61,470 bases of DNA, from positions 1 to 61,470 of the forward strand of contig SMXC01000166.1 of the NCBI GenBank assembly GCA_004356825.1, written 5' to 3'. The notes beneath the pieces were generated by a model, which saw nothing but the letters and a program-made list of their open reading frames with translations, ran no database searches and had not been told where the DNA came from. The position numbers and the translations under genes are program-made. Position 1 is the stretch's first letter. The number at the start of each line of letters is the position of its first letter. This document shows, in pieces, positions 32,075 to 42,657 of the stretch. This stretch comes from Caldithrix sp. Lineage in GTDB: Bacteria > Zhuqueibacterota > Zhuqueibacteria > Oceanimicrobiales > Oceanimicrobiaceae.

Positions 32075-33745
32075 TTATTCCCTTGATTTATCACTTAACA
32101 TCGGTATGTTTACTCCCTTTTCATTCGCCGTCTTAATCGCTTCGTCATATCCAGCATCCGCATGCCTGGCAACGCCAATTCCGGGATCGTTAGTCAAAAC
32201 ACGTTCAAGCCGTTCAGCAGCTTCATTGGTACCGTCTGCCACAATCACTTGGCCAGCGTGAATTGAATTACCAATGCCAACACCGCCACCGTGGTGCACT
32301 GAAACCCAGGTTGCTCCTGAAGCTGTGTTTAAGAGCGCATTCAAGATCGGCCAATCCGCAATGGCGTCGGAGCCGTCCTTCATGCCTTCGGTTTCGCGGT
32401 TTGGAGAAGCGACCGAGCCGCAATCAAGATGATCCCTGCCGATGACGATAGGCGCTTTTATCTCCCCATTTGCAACCAGTTCATTAATTGCCAGGCCGAA
32501 CCTAGCGCGTTCGCCGTAACCGAGCCAGCAAATCCGAGCAGGTAATCCCTGAAAGGCAATTCTCTCCCGAGCCATCTTTATCCAACGGCCAAGCGGCTTA
32601 TCTCCGGGAAACAGTTTCACAATAATTTCATCAGTTTTAAAAATATCTTCCTCATCACCGGAGAGCGCCACCCAACGGAAAGGACCTTTCCCCTCACAAA
32701 AAAGCGGTCGGATATAAGCCGGTACAAACCCTGGAAAGTCAAAGGCATTTTTGAGTCCTGCTTTTAGCGCCTGGCCGCGTATATTATTTCCGTAATCAAA
32801 TGTCACAGCGCCCATGCTTTGCAGCTTCAGCATGGCCTCCACGTGAGTCACGATTGAATAATAGCTTTTTTTGATATACTCCCGCGGATCTGATTTCCGT
32901 AAATGAAGCGCTCCTTCATAAGTTATTCCCGAAGGCACATAGCCGGCTAATTCATCGTGTGCCGAGGTTTGGTCAGTTAACAAATCCGGAACAAGCCCAC
33001 GTTTGACAAGTTCGGGCAAAACATCAGCGCAATTACCCAATAACGCAACCGAGACCGCTTCTTGTTTTTCTTTTGCAGCTTGAACAATCTGCAAGGCCTC
33101 ATCCAAACTAGATGTGCTTTTATCGCAATAACCCGTCTGAATTCTGCGTTCGATTTTGCGTTCATCGATCTCAATCCCCAGAAAAACCGCTCCGTTCATC
33201 GTCGCCGCCAATGGCTGAGCGCCCCCCATCCCCCCTAAGCCGCCGGAGACGATCCACTTGCCTTTTAAATCCCCATCGAAATGCTTATTAGCAGCTGCGG
33301 CGAAAGTTTCATAAGTTCCCTGCAGGATTCCCTGCGTGCCAATATAAATCCAACTTCCGGCGGTCATCTGGCCATACATGGTTAGCCCCTTATCTTCCAG
33401 ATCACGAAAGTACTCAGAAGTTGCCCATGCCGGTACTAGCAGTGAATTTGCAATAATAACTCTCGGCGCGTAAGGATGCGTTCGAAAAACCCCCACAGGT
33501 TTACCCGATTGAACGAGCAGCGTTTCATCATTTTCGAGATCCTGCAGTGACTTGACAATTTGATTATAGCAGTCCCAGTTTCGAGCCGCCCGACCCGTAC
33601 CGCCGTAAATGATTAAATTTTCCGGATCTTCAGCCACATCGGGATCAAGATTGTTCATCAACATCCGCATAGCTGCTTCCTGTGCCCAGCCTTTACAGGA
33701 GAGCTTAGTGCCTCTCGGAGCTCGGATTGCCTTACTTTTGCTCAT
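32075..33745 (-). CDS. hutU: Urocanate hydratase
   Basis: 556 aa, with the [16 protein letters not shown] site and conserved urocanase core blocks. Confidence 0.95.
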   Translation of the reverse strand: MSKSKAIRAPRGTKLSCKGWAQEAAMRMLMNNLDPDVAEDPENLIIYGGTGRAARNWDCYNQIVKSLQDLENDETLLVQSGKPVGVFRTHPYAPRVIIANSLLVPAWATSEYFRDLEDKGLTMYGQMTAGSWIYIGTQGILQGTYETFAAAANKHFDGDLKGKWIVSGGLGGMGGAQPLAATMNGAVFLGIEIDERKIERRIQTGYCDKSTSSLDEALQIVQAAKEKQEAVSVALLGNCADVLPELVKRGLVPDLLTDQTSAHDELAGYVPSGITYEGALHLRKSDPREYIKKSYYSIVTHVEAMLKLQSMGAVTFDYGNNIRGQALKAGLKNAFDFPGFVPAYIRPLFCEGKGPFRWVALSGDEEDIFKTDEIIVKLFPGDKPLGRWIKMARERIAFQGLPARICWLGYGERARFGLAINELVANGEIKAPIVIGRDHLDCGSVASPNRETEGMKDGSDAIADWPILNALLNTASGATWVSVHHGGGVGIGNSIHAGQVIVADGTNEAAERLERVLTNDPGIGVARHADAGYDEAIKTANEKGVNIPMLSDKSRE

Positions 33746-33761
33746 GATATTTTAGTTATGT

Positions 33762-33807
33762 CACAAAAAAATAAAAAAGCCGACTGCTAAACCCATCAAT
33801 CGGCTTT
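33762..33807 (-). terminator. Rho-independent terminator after rplQ
   Basis: 8-bp stem aaagccga / tcggcttt (33776-33783 / 33800-33807) with a 16-nt loop, followed on the minus strand by TTTATTTTTTT. Its T tract ends about 18 nt before the hutU ATG. Confidence 0.65.
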
Positions 33808-33843
33808 AAATTTCCATAAAGAAAACATTTCTTTTAAAGAGAG

Positions 33844-34299
33844 TTACTCTTTAGATTCGGACTTTTCTTTTTCAGCTTTCTGTGTATCTTTTTTCTTGGA
33901 CTTCTCTTCTTCTGTGGATTTATGCTTTTCCATCAGAACGCCTTCATAACCAACCAACTCCAACAAGGCCATTTCAGCACCGTCGCCTCTGCGGCGGCCA
34001 AGCTTGATGACCCGCGTGTATCCGCCGTGCCGTTCTTTATACGTTGGAGCAATCTCATCGAAAAGGTTTTTAACAACGCTCCTGTCGCGAATTGTCCTTA
34101 GAACCTGCCTGCGATCAGCCAAGGTTCCTCGCTTCGCAAAAGTGATGAGGCGATCGACAGTTTTTCTGACCGCTTTTGCTTTAGCGGTGGTCGTCTTCAC
34201 TTGCTTATGCTCAAACAAGGAAATGGCAACATTGGAGTATAAAGCTTTCCTGTGCGCAGCGGTTCTATTTAATTTCGCGTTTACTTTTTTATGGCGCAT
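33844..34299 (-). CDS. rplQ: 50S ribosomal protein bL17
   Basis: MRHKKVNAKLNRTAAHRKAL. 151 aa with a K/E-rich C-terminal tail. Confidence 0.95.
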   Translation of the reverse strand: MRHKKVNAKLNRTAAHRKALYSNVAISLFEHKQVKTTTAKAKAVRKTVDRLITFAKRGTLADRRQVLRTIRDRSVVKNLFDEIAPTYKERHGGYTRVIKLGRRRGDGAEMALLELVGYEGVLMEKHKSTEEEKSKKKDTQKAEKEKSESKE

Positions 34300-34317
34300 A
34301 ACCGATATTTCCAGTAA

Positions 34318-35304
34318 TCATTCAGTGCCCCCTTTGAGGTATTTTTCAGTATCGAATCCGAAGTGAAGGCCCTTTTCCTCTAAAATTTTGGTTAATTCTT
34401 GCAAGGACTTTCTGCCAAAGTTTCTAAACTTGAGCATCTCGGGTTCATCTCTTTTCACCAGATCGCCAATCGTCTTGATATTTGCAGCCATCAGACAATT
34501 GTATGAGCGAACGGATAATTCAAGCTCATCAACCGGCATTTTTAAGAGCCGGCGGATTTGCAGAACTTCTTCGTCAACCTCAACGGGCTCTTCTTCTTCA
34601 GGTTCGATGTCAAAATTAATAAAAAGTTGAACATGATCCTTTAAAATTTTTGCCGCATAAGTCAAAGCATCATCGGGAGTTATACTCCCATCGGTTTCTA
34701 CTTCAAGTATCAGTTTTTCGTAATCCGTTCTATCTTCAAGACGAGTGTTTTCTACATTATAGGAGACTCTTTTGATGGGTGTATAAATTGCATCGATTGG
34801 AATAGAGCCTATTGGCTGATCCGGTTGTTTGTTCTCTTCAGCCGGAACATAACCATGACCGCGAGAGATTCTAAATTCAATATCAAAATTAGCTTCATTA
34901 TTGAGAGTAGCTATGTGATGGTCGGGGTTTAGAATTTCAAACTCTGTGGTTCCATTCTGGATATCACCCGCTTTAAAGTCACGTGGCCCTTCAAGATGGA
35001 CCGTCAATTTCTCTGGACGTTTTGTCATTAATTTGAATCTAACTTCCTTTAAATTCAAAATCATTTCCGCCACATCCTCCACCACCCCCGGAATCGTAGT
35101 TAGTTCGTGCAGAACGCCATCGACCCGAATCATGGAGATAGCTGCACCTGGCAACGAAGACAAAAGAATTCTTCGTAAAGAATTACCGATTGTTACGCCA
35201 AAACCTCGTTCCAAGGGTTGTAAAATAAATCTACCGAAACTATCCGAGTAATTTGCCTCATCGATCTCAATACTTTCAGGCATCTGAAGATTAGGCCAAT
35301 TCAT
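34318..35304 (-). CDS. rpoA: DNA-directed RNA polymerase subunit alpha
   Basis: NTD/CTD architecture, positioned after rpsD. The start is moved from the track GTG (35322) to ATG 35304 (MNWPNLQMPESIEIDE). Confidence 0.93.
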   Translation of the reverse strand: MNWPNLQMPESIEIDEANYSDSFGRFILQPLERGFGVTIGNSLRRILLSSLPGAAISMIRVDGVLHELTTIPGVVEDVAEMILNLKEVRFKLMTKRPEKLTVHLEGPRDFKAGDIQNGTTEFEILNPDHHIATLNNEANFDIEFRISRGHGYVPAEENKQPDQPIGSIPIDAIYTPIKRVSYNVENTRLEDRTDYEKLILEVETDGSITPDDALTYAAKILKDHVQLFINFDIEPEEEEPVEVDEEVLQIRRLLKMPVDELELSVRSYNCLMAANIKTIGDLVKRDEPEMLKFRNFGRKSLQELTKILEEKGLHFGFDTEKYLKGGTE

Positions 35305-35338
35305 ACTTTTTATATTCTCCACTTATCCTTAAGTTCAT

Positions 35339-35968
35339 CTATTTGGAATACAACTCTACAATCAAAGATTCATTAACCTCTAATGGGATATCAGCCCTAG
35401 CCGGAATATTCATCAAGGTTCCAACCATAGCGGCTTTATCTAACTCTAACCATGGTAGTTGTTTATCTTCGCGAATTTTTTTCATTGCAGCATGAATCAT
35501 TTCCAGTTTCTTGCTTTTATCCTTGACTTTCACTTGATCACCCGCCTTCAAACTATAGGAGGGAATGTCGACCAGCCGTCCGTTCACCATAAAGTGACGA
35601 TGACGAACCAACTGGCGCGCAGATTTCCGTGACGGAGCAAAACCTAAACGATAGACAATATTATCGAGGCGCCTCTCAAGCAATTGCAGCAAATTTTCGC
35701 TTGTAATTCCTTTTTGCCGTTCTGCGCTCTCAAAATAATTTCTGAACTGCGACTCTAAAACACCATAGATTCGACGAACTTTTTGTTTAGCTCGCAATTG
35801 AATGCCATACTCGGACTGCTTAAAACGCCGCCGTGTACCGTGTTGCCCCGGAGGGTAAGCTTTTTTGTCCACCGGGCATTTCGGCGTCATACACTTCGTG
35901 CCCTTCAGAAATAGTTTTTCCTCTTCTCTTCTGCAAAGTTTACAAACCGGTCCAATATATCTTGCCAT
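35339..35968 (-). CDS. rpsD: 30S ribosomal protein uS4
   Basis: [23 protein letters not shown], with an N-terminal Cys4 knuckle. Confidence 0.95.
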   Translation of the reverse strand: MARYIGPVCKLCRREEEKLFLKGTKCMTPKCPVDKKAYPPGQHGTRRRFKQSEYGIQLRAKQKVRRIYGVLESQFRNYFESAERQKGITSENLLQLLERRLDNIVYRLGFAPSRKSARQLVRHRHFMVNGRLVDIPSYSLKAGDQVKVKDKSKKLEMIHAAMKKIREDKQLPWLELDKAAMVGTLMNIPARADIPLEVNESLIVELYSK

Positions 35969-35996
35969 TTATTTTTATACCCTCATAACTAGTTGA

Positions 35997-36386
35997 TCAA
36001 ACACGTCTTCTTTTTGGTGGTCTGCAGCCATTGTGGGGGATTGGCGTCACATCCTTAATAGCCGTGATTTCCAATCCTGCAGCCTGTAGCGATCTAACAG
36101 CTGATTCTCTGCCGGAGCCTGGACCCTTTATCAACACCTCGACCCTCTGAAGCCCTAACTCCATAGCTGCCTTAGCAGCATTTTCAGCAGAAAGCTGCGC
36201 CGCAAATGGAGTACTCTTTCGCGACCCTTTAAAACCAATCTTGCCGGCGGAAGCCCAGGAGATCACATTTCCGTATTGATCTGTCAGCGTCACGATTGTG
36301 TTGTTAAAAGTGGCTTTGATATGCGCCACTCCATTAGATTCAACTCTTTCTTTCTTTTTACCTTTTTTTCTTTTTGGCGCCGCCAT
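35997..36386 (-). CDS. rpsK: 30S ribosomal protein uS11
   Basis: [18 protein letters not shown]...[13 protein letters not shown]. Confidence 0.95.
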   Translation of the reverse strand: MAAPKRKKGKKKERVESNGVAHIKATFNNTIVTLTDQYGNVISWASAGKIGFKGSRKSTPFAAQLSAENAAKAAMELGLQRVEVLIKGPGSGRESAVRSLQAAGLEITAIKDVTPIPHNGCRPPKRRRV

Positions 36387-36417
36387 TTACATAGTTTCCT
36401 TAATATGATTAATCAAC

Positions 36418-36789
36418 TTATTTTTTTTTGCCACCAACAGTTGCTCCTCTTCTCCCCCGACGAGTCCGGGCATTTGTATGAGTACGCTGCCCACGAGACG
36501 GAAGTTTCCGCCGGTGCCTCAGGCCACGGTAACACCCAATATCCATAAGCCGCTTGATATTAATGTTAATATCCGTTCTCAAAGCACCTTCAACTTTGAA
36601 ATCCTTGGTGACTATATTTCGAATTTTGGTTACGTCTTCAGTAGATAAATCCTTTACCCGTATGCCTCCATCTACCTGAGCCTGGTTCAAAATTTTTTGC
36701 GAACTCGATAAGCCGATACCGTAAATATATGTCAATCCAATTTCCACTCGCTTATCCCTAGGCAAATCTACTCCAGAAATTCTAGCCAA
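36418..36789 (-). CDS. rpsM: 30S ribosomal protein uS13
   Basis: (M)[25 protein letters not shown]. The TTG start at 36789 lies 6 nt after GAGGAGG. The track start (36804) lies inside that Shine-Dalgarno sequence. Confidence 0.93.
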   Translation of the reverse strand: MARISGVDLPRDKRVEIGLTYIYGIGLSSSQKILNQAQVDGGIRVKDLSTEDVTKIRNIVTKDFKVEGALRTDININIKRLMDIGCYRGLRHRRKLPSRGQRTHTNARTRRGRRGATVGGKKK

Positions 36790-36810
36790 AACATACCTCC
36801 TCAAACATTC

Positions 36811-36924
36811 TTAACCCTGACGCTGCTTATGCCGGGGGTTCTTGCAAATGACAATGACTCTACCCTTTCTGCGAATAATCTTGCAATTGTCACACATTTT
36901 TTTCACCGCCGACCGAACTTTCAT
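36811..36924 (-). CDS. rpmJ: 50S ribosomal protein bL36
   Basis: Not in the ORF track (37 aa). Hand translation gives [37 protein letters not shown], with a C-x2-C-x12-C-x4-H motif. It lies between infA and rpsM. Confidence 0.95.
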   Translation of the reverse strand: MKVRSAVKKMCDNCKIIRRKGRVIVICKNPRHKQRQG

Positions 36925-36932
36925 TCGTTACC

Positions 36933-37151
36933 TCACTTATACCTATATGTTATTCTACCCCGGCTTAAATCGTAAGGCGAGAGTTCCAGAGTTACTTTGT
37001 CACCGGGAAGAATCTTAATAAAATGCATTCTCATTTTGCCTGAAATATGTGCCAGGACTTTATGCCCATTTTCTAACTCAACCCTGAATGTAGCATTGGG
37101 CAAAGTTTCCGTTATGGTACCGTCTACTTTAATTGACGCTTCTTTTGCCAT
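36933..37151 (-). CDS. infA: Translation initiation factor IF-1
   Basis: 72 aa S1-like protein, [30 protein letters not shown]. Confidence 0.97.
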   Translation of the reverse strand: MAKEASIKVDGTITETLPNATFRVELENGHKVLAHISGKMRMHFIKILPGDKVTLELSPYDLSRGRITYRYK

Positions 37152-37155
37152 AGGT

Positions 37156-37926
37156 CTACTTATAGGGAGTCAAAATTTCAGGCCCATTACTGGTGACGGC
37201 AACTGTATACTCAAAATGTGCAGATGGTGAGCCATCCGCTGTCACAACCGTCCATTCGTCGTCTAAAGTTTCCACTGCATAATCGCCAAAATTAACCATC
37301 GGCTCGATAGCCAAAACCATACCCTCCCGCAGCCTTGGTCCGGAATTGCGAGAGCCAAAATTGGGAACTTGGGGATCCTCATGAAGCTTCCGGCCAATAC
37401 CGTGACCGACCAATTCCCGTACTATCGAAAAACTGGCATCCTCAACGATCGTTTGAATTCTGTGAGAGACATTTGACAACCTGGCACCGCAGTTTGCCTC
37501 TTTTACACCTTCATCTAAAGATTGTTTGGTTATCTTCATAAGATGCTTTTTTTCTGGTGAAATTTCGCCGACTGCAAAAGTCTTTGCACTATCGCCGAAA
37601 AAACCTTCACATTCCACTCCTATATCGATACTAACTATTTCACCTTCCTTAAGTGTTCTCCTACCTGGAATCCCGTGAACAACTTCATCTTCAACGGAAA
37701 TACATGAACTTGCCGGAAAACCTCTGTACCCCTTAAATGCGGGTCTTGCTCCCTTTGACACTATGAATTTTTCGATTTTTCCATCTAAAAAACCGGTTTC
37801 AACACCAGGCTTAATTAATTTCTCCACAAAATCAAAAGCGGCCAAAACTATCCGGCAACTATTTCTAATTAACTCAATTTCTCGCTTACTACGTATATGA
37901 ATCATTTTTGCTTTTCCAAGGAACAT
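37156..37926 (-). CDS. map: Methionine aminopeptidase type I
   Basis: MetAP fold with metal-ligand blocks (VSIDIG, GHGIG, LAIEPM). The start may instead be ATG 37905 ([14 protein letters not shown]). Confidence 0.9.
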   Translation of the reverse strand: MFLGKAKMIHIRSKREIELIRNSCRIVLAAFDFVEKLIKPGVETGFLDGKIEKFIVSKGARPAFKGYRGFPASSCISVEDEVVHGIPGRRTLKEGEIVSIDIGVECEGFFGDSAKTFAVGEISPEKKHLMKITKQSLDEGVKEANCGARLSNVSHRIQTIVEDASFSIVRELVGHGIGRKLHEDPQVPNFGSRNSGPRLREGMVLAIEPMVNFGDYAVETLDDEWTVVTADGSPSAHFEYTVAVTSNGPEILTPYK

Positions 37927-37937
37927 CGAACTGCAAA

Positions 37938-39278
37938 TTACATTCGACGCCGCCCCCTAATTTTGCTGCTTCCCTTCATGAAACCGTCATAATGGCGCAT
38001 CATTAAATGAGACTCGAGTTGTTGCAAAGTATCCAAAGCCACACCAACAATAATCAGGAGAGATGTGCCGCCGTAAAAAGAAGCAAAATTAAACGACATA
38101 TTTGGTACAAATCTGGTGATGATATATGGAAAAACCGCTATTACGGCGAGACAGATAGAGCCGGGAAGTGTAATTCTGGTTAAAATATTGTCGATGAACT
38201 CAGCAGTCTTTTTACCGGGTCTCACGCCGGGGATAAATCCGCCGTGTTTTTTCATATTATCAGCGACATCCACCGGATTAAACGCAATAGCAGTATAAAA
38301 GTAAGTGAAAAAAACAATCAAGGTTCCATAAATAGACCAGTAAACCATTGACTGAAAATCAAAATACCTTGAAACAGTATTCATGAAATCGCTGTTCGGA
38401 AAAAACTGCAGCACCGTCTGCGGCACGAACATAATCGATTGAGCAAAGATGATTGGCATGACACCGGCGGTGTTTACCCGGAGCGGAATATGGGTACTTT
38501 GTCCGCCATATATTTTCCGCCCGACAACCCGCTTTGCGTATTGAACCGGAATTTTACGTGTACCCTGAGTCAATGCCACAACCGCAGCGATAGTAAGAAC
38601 CATCAGACCCATCAAAACAACCTCTGCTATTAAACCGCGATTCCCACTGCTGAGCTGTTGCCACTCACCGCGCACCGCACTGGGAAAGGTGGAAATTATA
38701 CCGATAAAAATTATCAACGAGATACCGTTTCCGATACCTCGCTCGGTAATTTGTTCCCCAAGCCACATGATCATGACCGTACCTGCGCCCAAGGTGATCA
38801 TAGTCAATAATCTAAAATCCCAGCCGGCATCAGGTACAACCGGTATGCCGGTATTGGTCTTGATACTTTCCAAGAATACGCTCACACCATAAGCTTGCAT
38901 CGCGGATATTAGCACAGTGCCATAGCGCGTATATTGAGTTATTTTCTTCTGCCCTTCTTGTCCTTCTTTTTGAAGCTTTTGGAAATAAGGAACAACAGCG
39001 CCTAAAAGTTGAATAATAATAGATGCTGAGATGTACGGCATAATTCCTAATGCAAAAACGGTGGCACGCTTAAACGCCCCTCCTGCGAACAAATCGTAAA
39101 GACTGAGAAGTCCCCGGCCCTGACTGGCTTCATCGAAAAAAGCCAAGAGTGCCCCGCTGTTTATCCCGGGCACAGGAATATGGCCACCGATGCGATACAC
39201 AATGAGAACCAACAGGGTAAAAATAATTCTCTGCTTTAACTCCGGAATCTTAAAAATACTTTGGAAACCCTGTATCAT
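37938..39278 (-). CDS. secY: Preprotein translocase subunit SecY
   Basis: 446 aa with 10 hydrophobic segments. It lies in the spc operon and overlaps rplO by 4 nt. Confidence 0.97.
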   Translation of the reverse strand: MIQGFQSIFKIPELKQRIIFTLLVLIVYRIGGHIPVPGINSGALLAFFDEASQGRGLLSLYDLFAGGAFKRATVFALGIMPYISASIIIQLLGAVVPYFQKLQKEGQEGQKKITQYTRYGTVLISAMQAYGVSVFLESIKTNTGIPVVPDAGWDFRLLTMITLGAGTVMIMWLGEQITERGIGNGISLIIFIGIISTFPSAVRGEWQQLSSGNRGLIAEVVLMGLMVLTIAAVVALTQGTRKIPVQYAKRVVGRKIYGGQSTHIPLRVNTAGVMPIIFAQSIMFVPQTVLQFFPNSDFMNTVSRYFDFQSMVYWSIYGTLIVFFTYFYTAIAFNPVDVADNMKKHGGFIPGVRPGKKTAEFIDNILTRITLPGSICLAVIAVFPYIITRFVPNMSFNFASFYGGTSLLIIVGVALDTLQQLESHLMMRHYDGFMKGSSKIRGRRRM

Positions 39279-39715
39279 AATACGACTACTTTCCCTCCGG
39301 ACTTCTCAATTTTTTCTTTTGCAGAAGCGCTAAAAGCATGCGCAGATACATCCATGGCTTTCTTCAGCTCTCCATCGCCCAATACCTTGACTGGGATATT
39401 TTTATTACCAATCACACCTGAATCAAAAAGGACTCCAGGGGAAATTACCCCAGCCTTCTTGACTCTGTCTAAATCTTTTAAATTCACAATTTGGAATTTC
39501 TTTTTGAAAATATTGGTAAAACCACGCTTAGGAACCCGACGCTGCAACGGCATCTGGCCGCCCTCAAACCACGGTCGAATTTTTGAACCGGAACGAGATC
39601 TTTGACCCTTATGCCCCCTTCCAGCTGTCTTGCCTGAACCGGAACCCTGTCCCCGGCCAATTCTTTTTTTCTTTTTGACTGAACCCGGGGCGTATTTTAA
39701 CGAACCTAAATCCAT
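39275..39715 (-). CDS. rplO: 50S ribosomal protein uL15
   Basis: GRGQGSGSGKTAGRGHKGQ. Confidence 0.95.
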   Translation of the reverse strand: MDLGSLKYAPGSVKKKKRIGRGQGSGSGKTAGRGHKGQRSRSGSKIRPWFEGGQMPLQRRVPKRGFTNIFKKKFQIVNLKDLDRVKKAGVISPGVLFDSGVIGNKNIPVKVLGDGELKKAMDVSAHAFSASAKEKIEKSGGKVVVL

Positions 39716-39735
39716 CTTTCCCTCTTTTTTTTCAA

Positions 39736-39921
39736 CTACACCGTCTCAACCTTAACAAGATGGCTGACCTTTTTTATCATACCTTGAATTTGAGGCGTAT
39801 CGTTATGAATGACCGAGCGATGCAACTTTCCCAATCCCAGAGCCACGATAGTCCGCTTTTGTCTAAAATGGCGCCCGATAACGCTTCTAAATTGAGTAAT
39901 CTTGAGTTGCTTTTTTGCCAT
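39736..39921 (-). CDS. rpmD: 50S ribosomal protein uL30
   Basis: 61 aa, [16 protein letters not shown]. Confidence 0.93.
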   Translation of the reverse strand: MAKKQLKITQFRSVIGRHFRQKRTIVALGLGKLHRSVIHNDTPQIQGMIKKVSHLVKVETV

Positions 39922-39933
39922 TTTTCTATGAGC

Positions 39934-40458
39934 CTATACGGTTACTTTATTAAAAACTTCATCTATGGTCAACCCCCGTTGACGCGCGATCACAGACACT
40001 TCCATCAATTCCGATAAAGCTTTCATTGTTGCTTTTACGATGTTGTGAGGATTAGCGGAGCCAAGAGACTTCGTTAAAATATTCTGGATTCCAACCGATT
40101 CCACGATTGCTCTGATTGCGCCTCCGGCAATAACTCCGGTTCCAGGTGATGCAGGCTTGAGAAAAACCTTGCCTGCCCCAAATTTACCATTTACAGTGTG
40201 GGGAATCGTTCCATGTACAAGTGGCACTCGAATCAAACTTTTCTTAGCATTCTCAGTACCCTTTGCTATCGCGTCAATAACTTGATTTGCCTTTCCCAAG
40301 CCGGTTCCAACATGCCCATTACCGTCGCCTACAACCACAATGGCATTAAAACTAAAACGCCGGCCACCCTTCACAACCTTAGCAACACGATTGACCTGAA
40401 TGACACGTTCTTTTAAGTCCATTTCGCCAGGGTTAATCTTTGCCGCTCTTTTATTCAA
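39934..40458 (-). CDS. rpsE: 30S ribosomal protein uS5
   Basis: [31 protein letters not shown] start after GGAGAAA. Confidence 0.95.
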   Translation of the reverse strand: MNKRAAKINPGEMDLKERVIQVNRVAKVVKGGRRFSFNAIVVVGDGNGHVGTGLGKANQVIDAIAKGTENAKKSLIRVPLVHGTIPHTVNGKFGAGKVFLKPASPGTGVIAGGAIRAIVESVGIQNILTKSLGSANPHNIVKATMKALSELMEVSVIARQRGLTIDEVFNKVTV

Positions 40459-40475
40459 TTAGTTTCTCCAAAGTA

Positions 40476-40850
40476 TTAAAATTTCAGTCCATTTTCACGG
40501 GCACCCTCTGCAACCGCTCTGACCCTACCGTGATATAAGTACCCTCCCCGATCAAACACAACCGTTTCGACTTTTAGTGCCTTCGCCTTGTCAGCAATCG
40601 CTTTGCCAACCAGTTTGGCACCTTCGACCTTACCTTTGGTCTTAGAAACCTGGTCCTTCAGCGCAGGAGTAAGCGTAGAAACTCCGGCCAATGTTCGATT
40701 GGCGACATCGTCGATCAGTTGCGCGTAAATATTACTCGCGCTACGAAAAACAGCCAACCGAGGTCTTTCGCTCGTTCCGGAAACAACTTTGTGAATTCGC
40801 TTCTTTTTTCGCAGCCTTCGAAAAGTTTTGATTTTATTCTTATCTGGCAT
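40476..40850 (-). CDS. rplR: 50S ribosomal protein uL18
   Basis: [20 protein letters not shown]. Confidence 0.95.
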   Translation of the reverse strand: MPDKNKIKTFRRLRKKKRIHKVVSGTSERPRLAVFRSASNIYAQLIDDVANRTLAGVSTLTPALKDQVSKTKGKVEGAKLVGKAIADKAKALKVETVVFDRGGYLYHGRVRAVAEGARENGLKF

Positions 40851-40878
40851 CGGGGGTCCCTTGAATTTGAAATCTCAG

Positions 40879-41415
40879 TTACGCAGCCGTCTTTCCAGCT
40901 TTTCTTCGGATATATTCATCGACATACTTGATCCCCTTGCCTTTGTAAGGTTCCGGGGGTCGGAAAGAACGAATTTTTGCGGCCACCTGGCCAACCAACT
41001 GCTTATCGATGCCACGCACACTTATACTGGTTGGATCGGCGACCAATATTTCAATACCTTCTGGAGGTAAAAAAATGATTTGATGTGAATATCCGAGCTG
41101 TAAAGTTAGACGGTCATTGCTCATTTCAGCCTTGTAGCCAACACCCACTATCTCGAGTTTTTTCTCGAAACCTTTTGTGACCCCTTCAACCATGTTGGTC
41201 AAAAGACTTCGGTAAAGCCCGTGCAATGATTTATAATACTTGCTGTCATTTGGACGTAAAACAGTTAGCTGTCCGTCCTTTATTTCTAATTTGATTTCCG
41301 GGTTTACCGCACCGGAGAGCTTCCCCTTTGGTCCGGCTACTTCAACCGTGCCGTTGCTAATTTTTACTTCGACCCCTTCGGGAAGCCCAATCGGCTTTTT
41401 TCCAACTCTTGACAC
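40879..41415 (-). CDS. rplF: 50S ribosomal protein uL6
   Basis: (M)SRVGKKPIGLPEGVEV. GTG start. Confidence 0.95.
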   Translation of the reverse strand: MSRVGKKPIGLPEGVEVKISNGTVEVAGPKGKLSGAVNPEIKLEIKDGQLTVLRPNDSKYYKSLHGLYRSLLTNMVEGVTKGFEKKLEIVGVGYKAEMSNDRLTLQLGYSHQIIFLPPEGIEILVADPTSISVRGIDKQLVGQVAAKIRSFRPPEPYKGKGIKYVDEYIRRKAGKTAA

Positions 41416-41438
41416 TGATTTCTCCTACGCTTCAGAAT

Positions 41439-41837
41439 CTACCAAACGTGACACACAACTTCACCGCCAACATTCAACTTCTTTGCATCGCGATCAGAAA
41501 TCACTCCCCGTGGAGTTGAGAGAATCGCAATGCCCAGATTGTTGTAAACCCGCGGTATTTCTTTACTGCTCACATATTGCCTTAAACCTGGCGTGCTGAT
41601 TCTCTTAAGACCTCGAATGACGCTGTCTCCGTTTGTATCGTATTTTAAATAGATACGAATATACCCGCTTTTTTTGTCATCAATGAGTAAATAATCTTTA
41701 ATATACCCATAATTTTTGAGAATTCTCGTCAACTCTTTCTTCATATTCGACGCTGGTATGTCCACTTTATGATGCTTTGCATTTTTAGCATTTCTTATTC
41801 GGGTCAAATAATCCGCAACAGTATCCGTCATACTCAT
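41439..41837 (-). CDS. rpsH: 30S ribosomal protein uS8
   Basis: [13 protein letters not shown]. Confidence 0.95.
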   Translation of the reverse strand: MSMTDTVADYLTRIRNAKNAKHHKVDIPASNMKKELTRILKNYGYIKDYLLIDDKKSGYIRIYLKYDTNGDSVIRGLKRISTPGLRQYVSSKEIPRVYNNLGIAILSTPRGVISDRDAKKLNVGGEVVCHVW

Positions 41838-41856
41838 ATTACGATATCCTCAATTT

Positions 41857-42042
41857 CTACCAACTCGCCTTTCTAACCCCGGGAATTTTTCCCTCTAAGG
41901 CCAACTGGCGAAAACAAATTCTACATAATCCAAATTTTCGCAGATATGCCCGCGGTCGTCCACATTTCGAACACCGATTATATTTCCGCACTTGGAACTT
42001 AGGCTCTCTTTTCTGCTTCGCAATTAAAGATTTTTTTGCCAA
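41857..42042 (-). CDS. rpsN: 30S ribosomal protein uS14, zinc-ribbon type Z
   Basis: 61 aa, CSKCGRP...CRIC. TTG start 5 nt after AAAGGTG. Confidence 0.95.
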   Translation of the reverse strand: MAKKSLIAKQKREPKFQVRKYNRCSKCGRPRAYLRKFGLCRICFRQLALEGKIPGVRKASW

Positions 42043-42053
42043 GGATTCACCTT

Positions 42054-42626
42054 TTAATTATCTTGTGATTCGCTTTGTTTTCTAAACGGCATCCCGAAAG
42101 CGGCTAAAAGTTCATAAGCTTCTTCATCGCTTTGCGCGGACGTTACAATCGTTATATCCATTCCGCGAACACGATCAATCTTATCGTAATCTATTTCCGG
42201 GAAAATAATTTGTTCCTTGATACCAAGCGTATAGTTTCCCCGACCATCAAAAGAGCGGTCTGAAAGTCCCCTGAAATCTCTAATTCTGGGTATATCGATA
42301 TTGATCAACCTATCGATGAATTCGTACATTCGCCAGCGCCTCAAAGTGACTTTACAACCGATCTTATTCCCCTCTCTGATTTTAAAGTTGGAGATAGCCT
42401 TTTTCGCTTTTGTAATTAACGGTTTTTGACCGGAGATAACTTGCAAATCCTCACTCGATTTGTCTATAAGTTTGGAATCTTGTATAGCCTCGCCAACACC
42501 AAGATTCACAACTATCTTCTCAAACCTCGGGACTTGCATCACATTCTGATAACTGAAACGTTTCATCAGTTTCGGCACAATATTCTTTTTATATTCAACA
42601 ATTAACCTTGGCTCGTATTTCGCCAT
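42054..42626 (-). CDS. rplE: 50S ribosomal protein uL5
   Basis: [22 protein letters not shown]. Confidence 0.95.
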   Translation of the reverse strand: MAKYEPRLIVEYKKNIVPKLMKRFSYQNVMQVPRFEKIVVNLGVGEAIQDSKLIDKSSEDLQVISGQKPLITKAKKAISNFKIREGNKIGCKVTLRRWRMYEFIDRLINIDIPRIRDFRGLSDRSFDGRGNYTLGIKEQIIFPEIDYDKIDRVRGMDITIVTSAQSDEEAYELLAAFGMPFRKQSESQDN

Positions 42627-42657
42627 TTCAACTCAGTTCCTTTTATTGTACAGGTTG

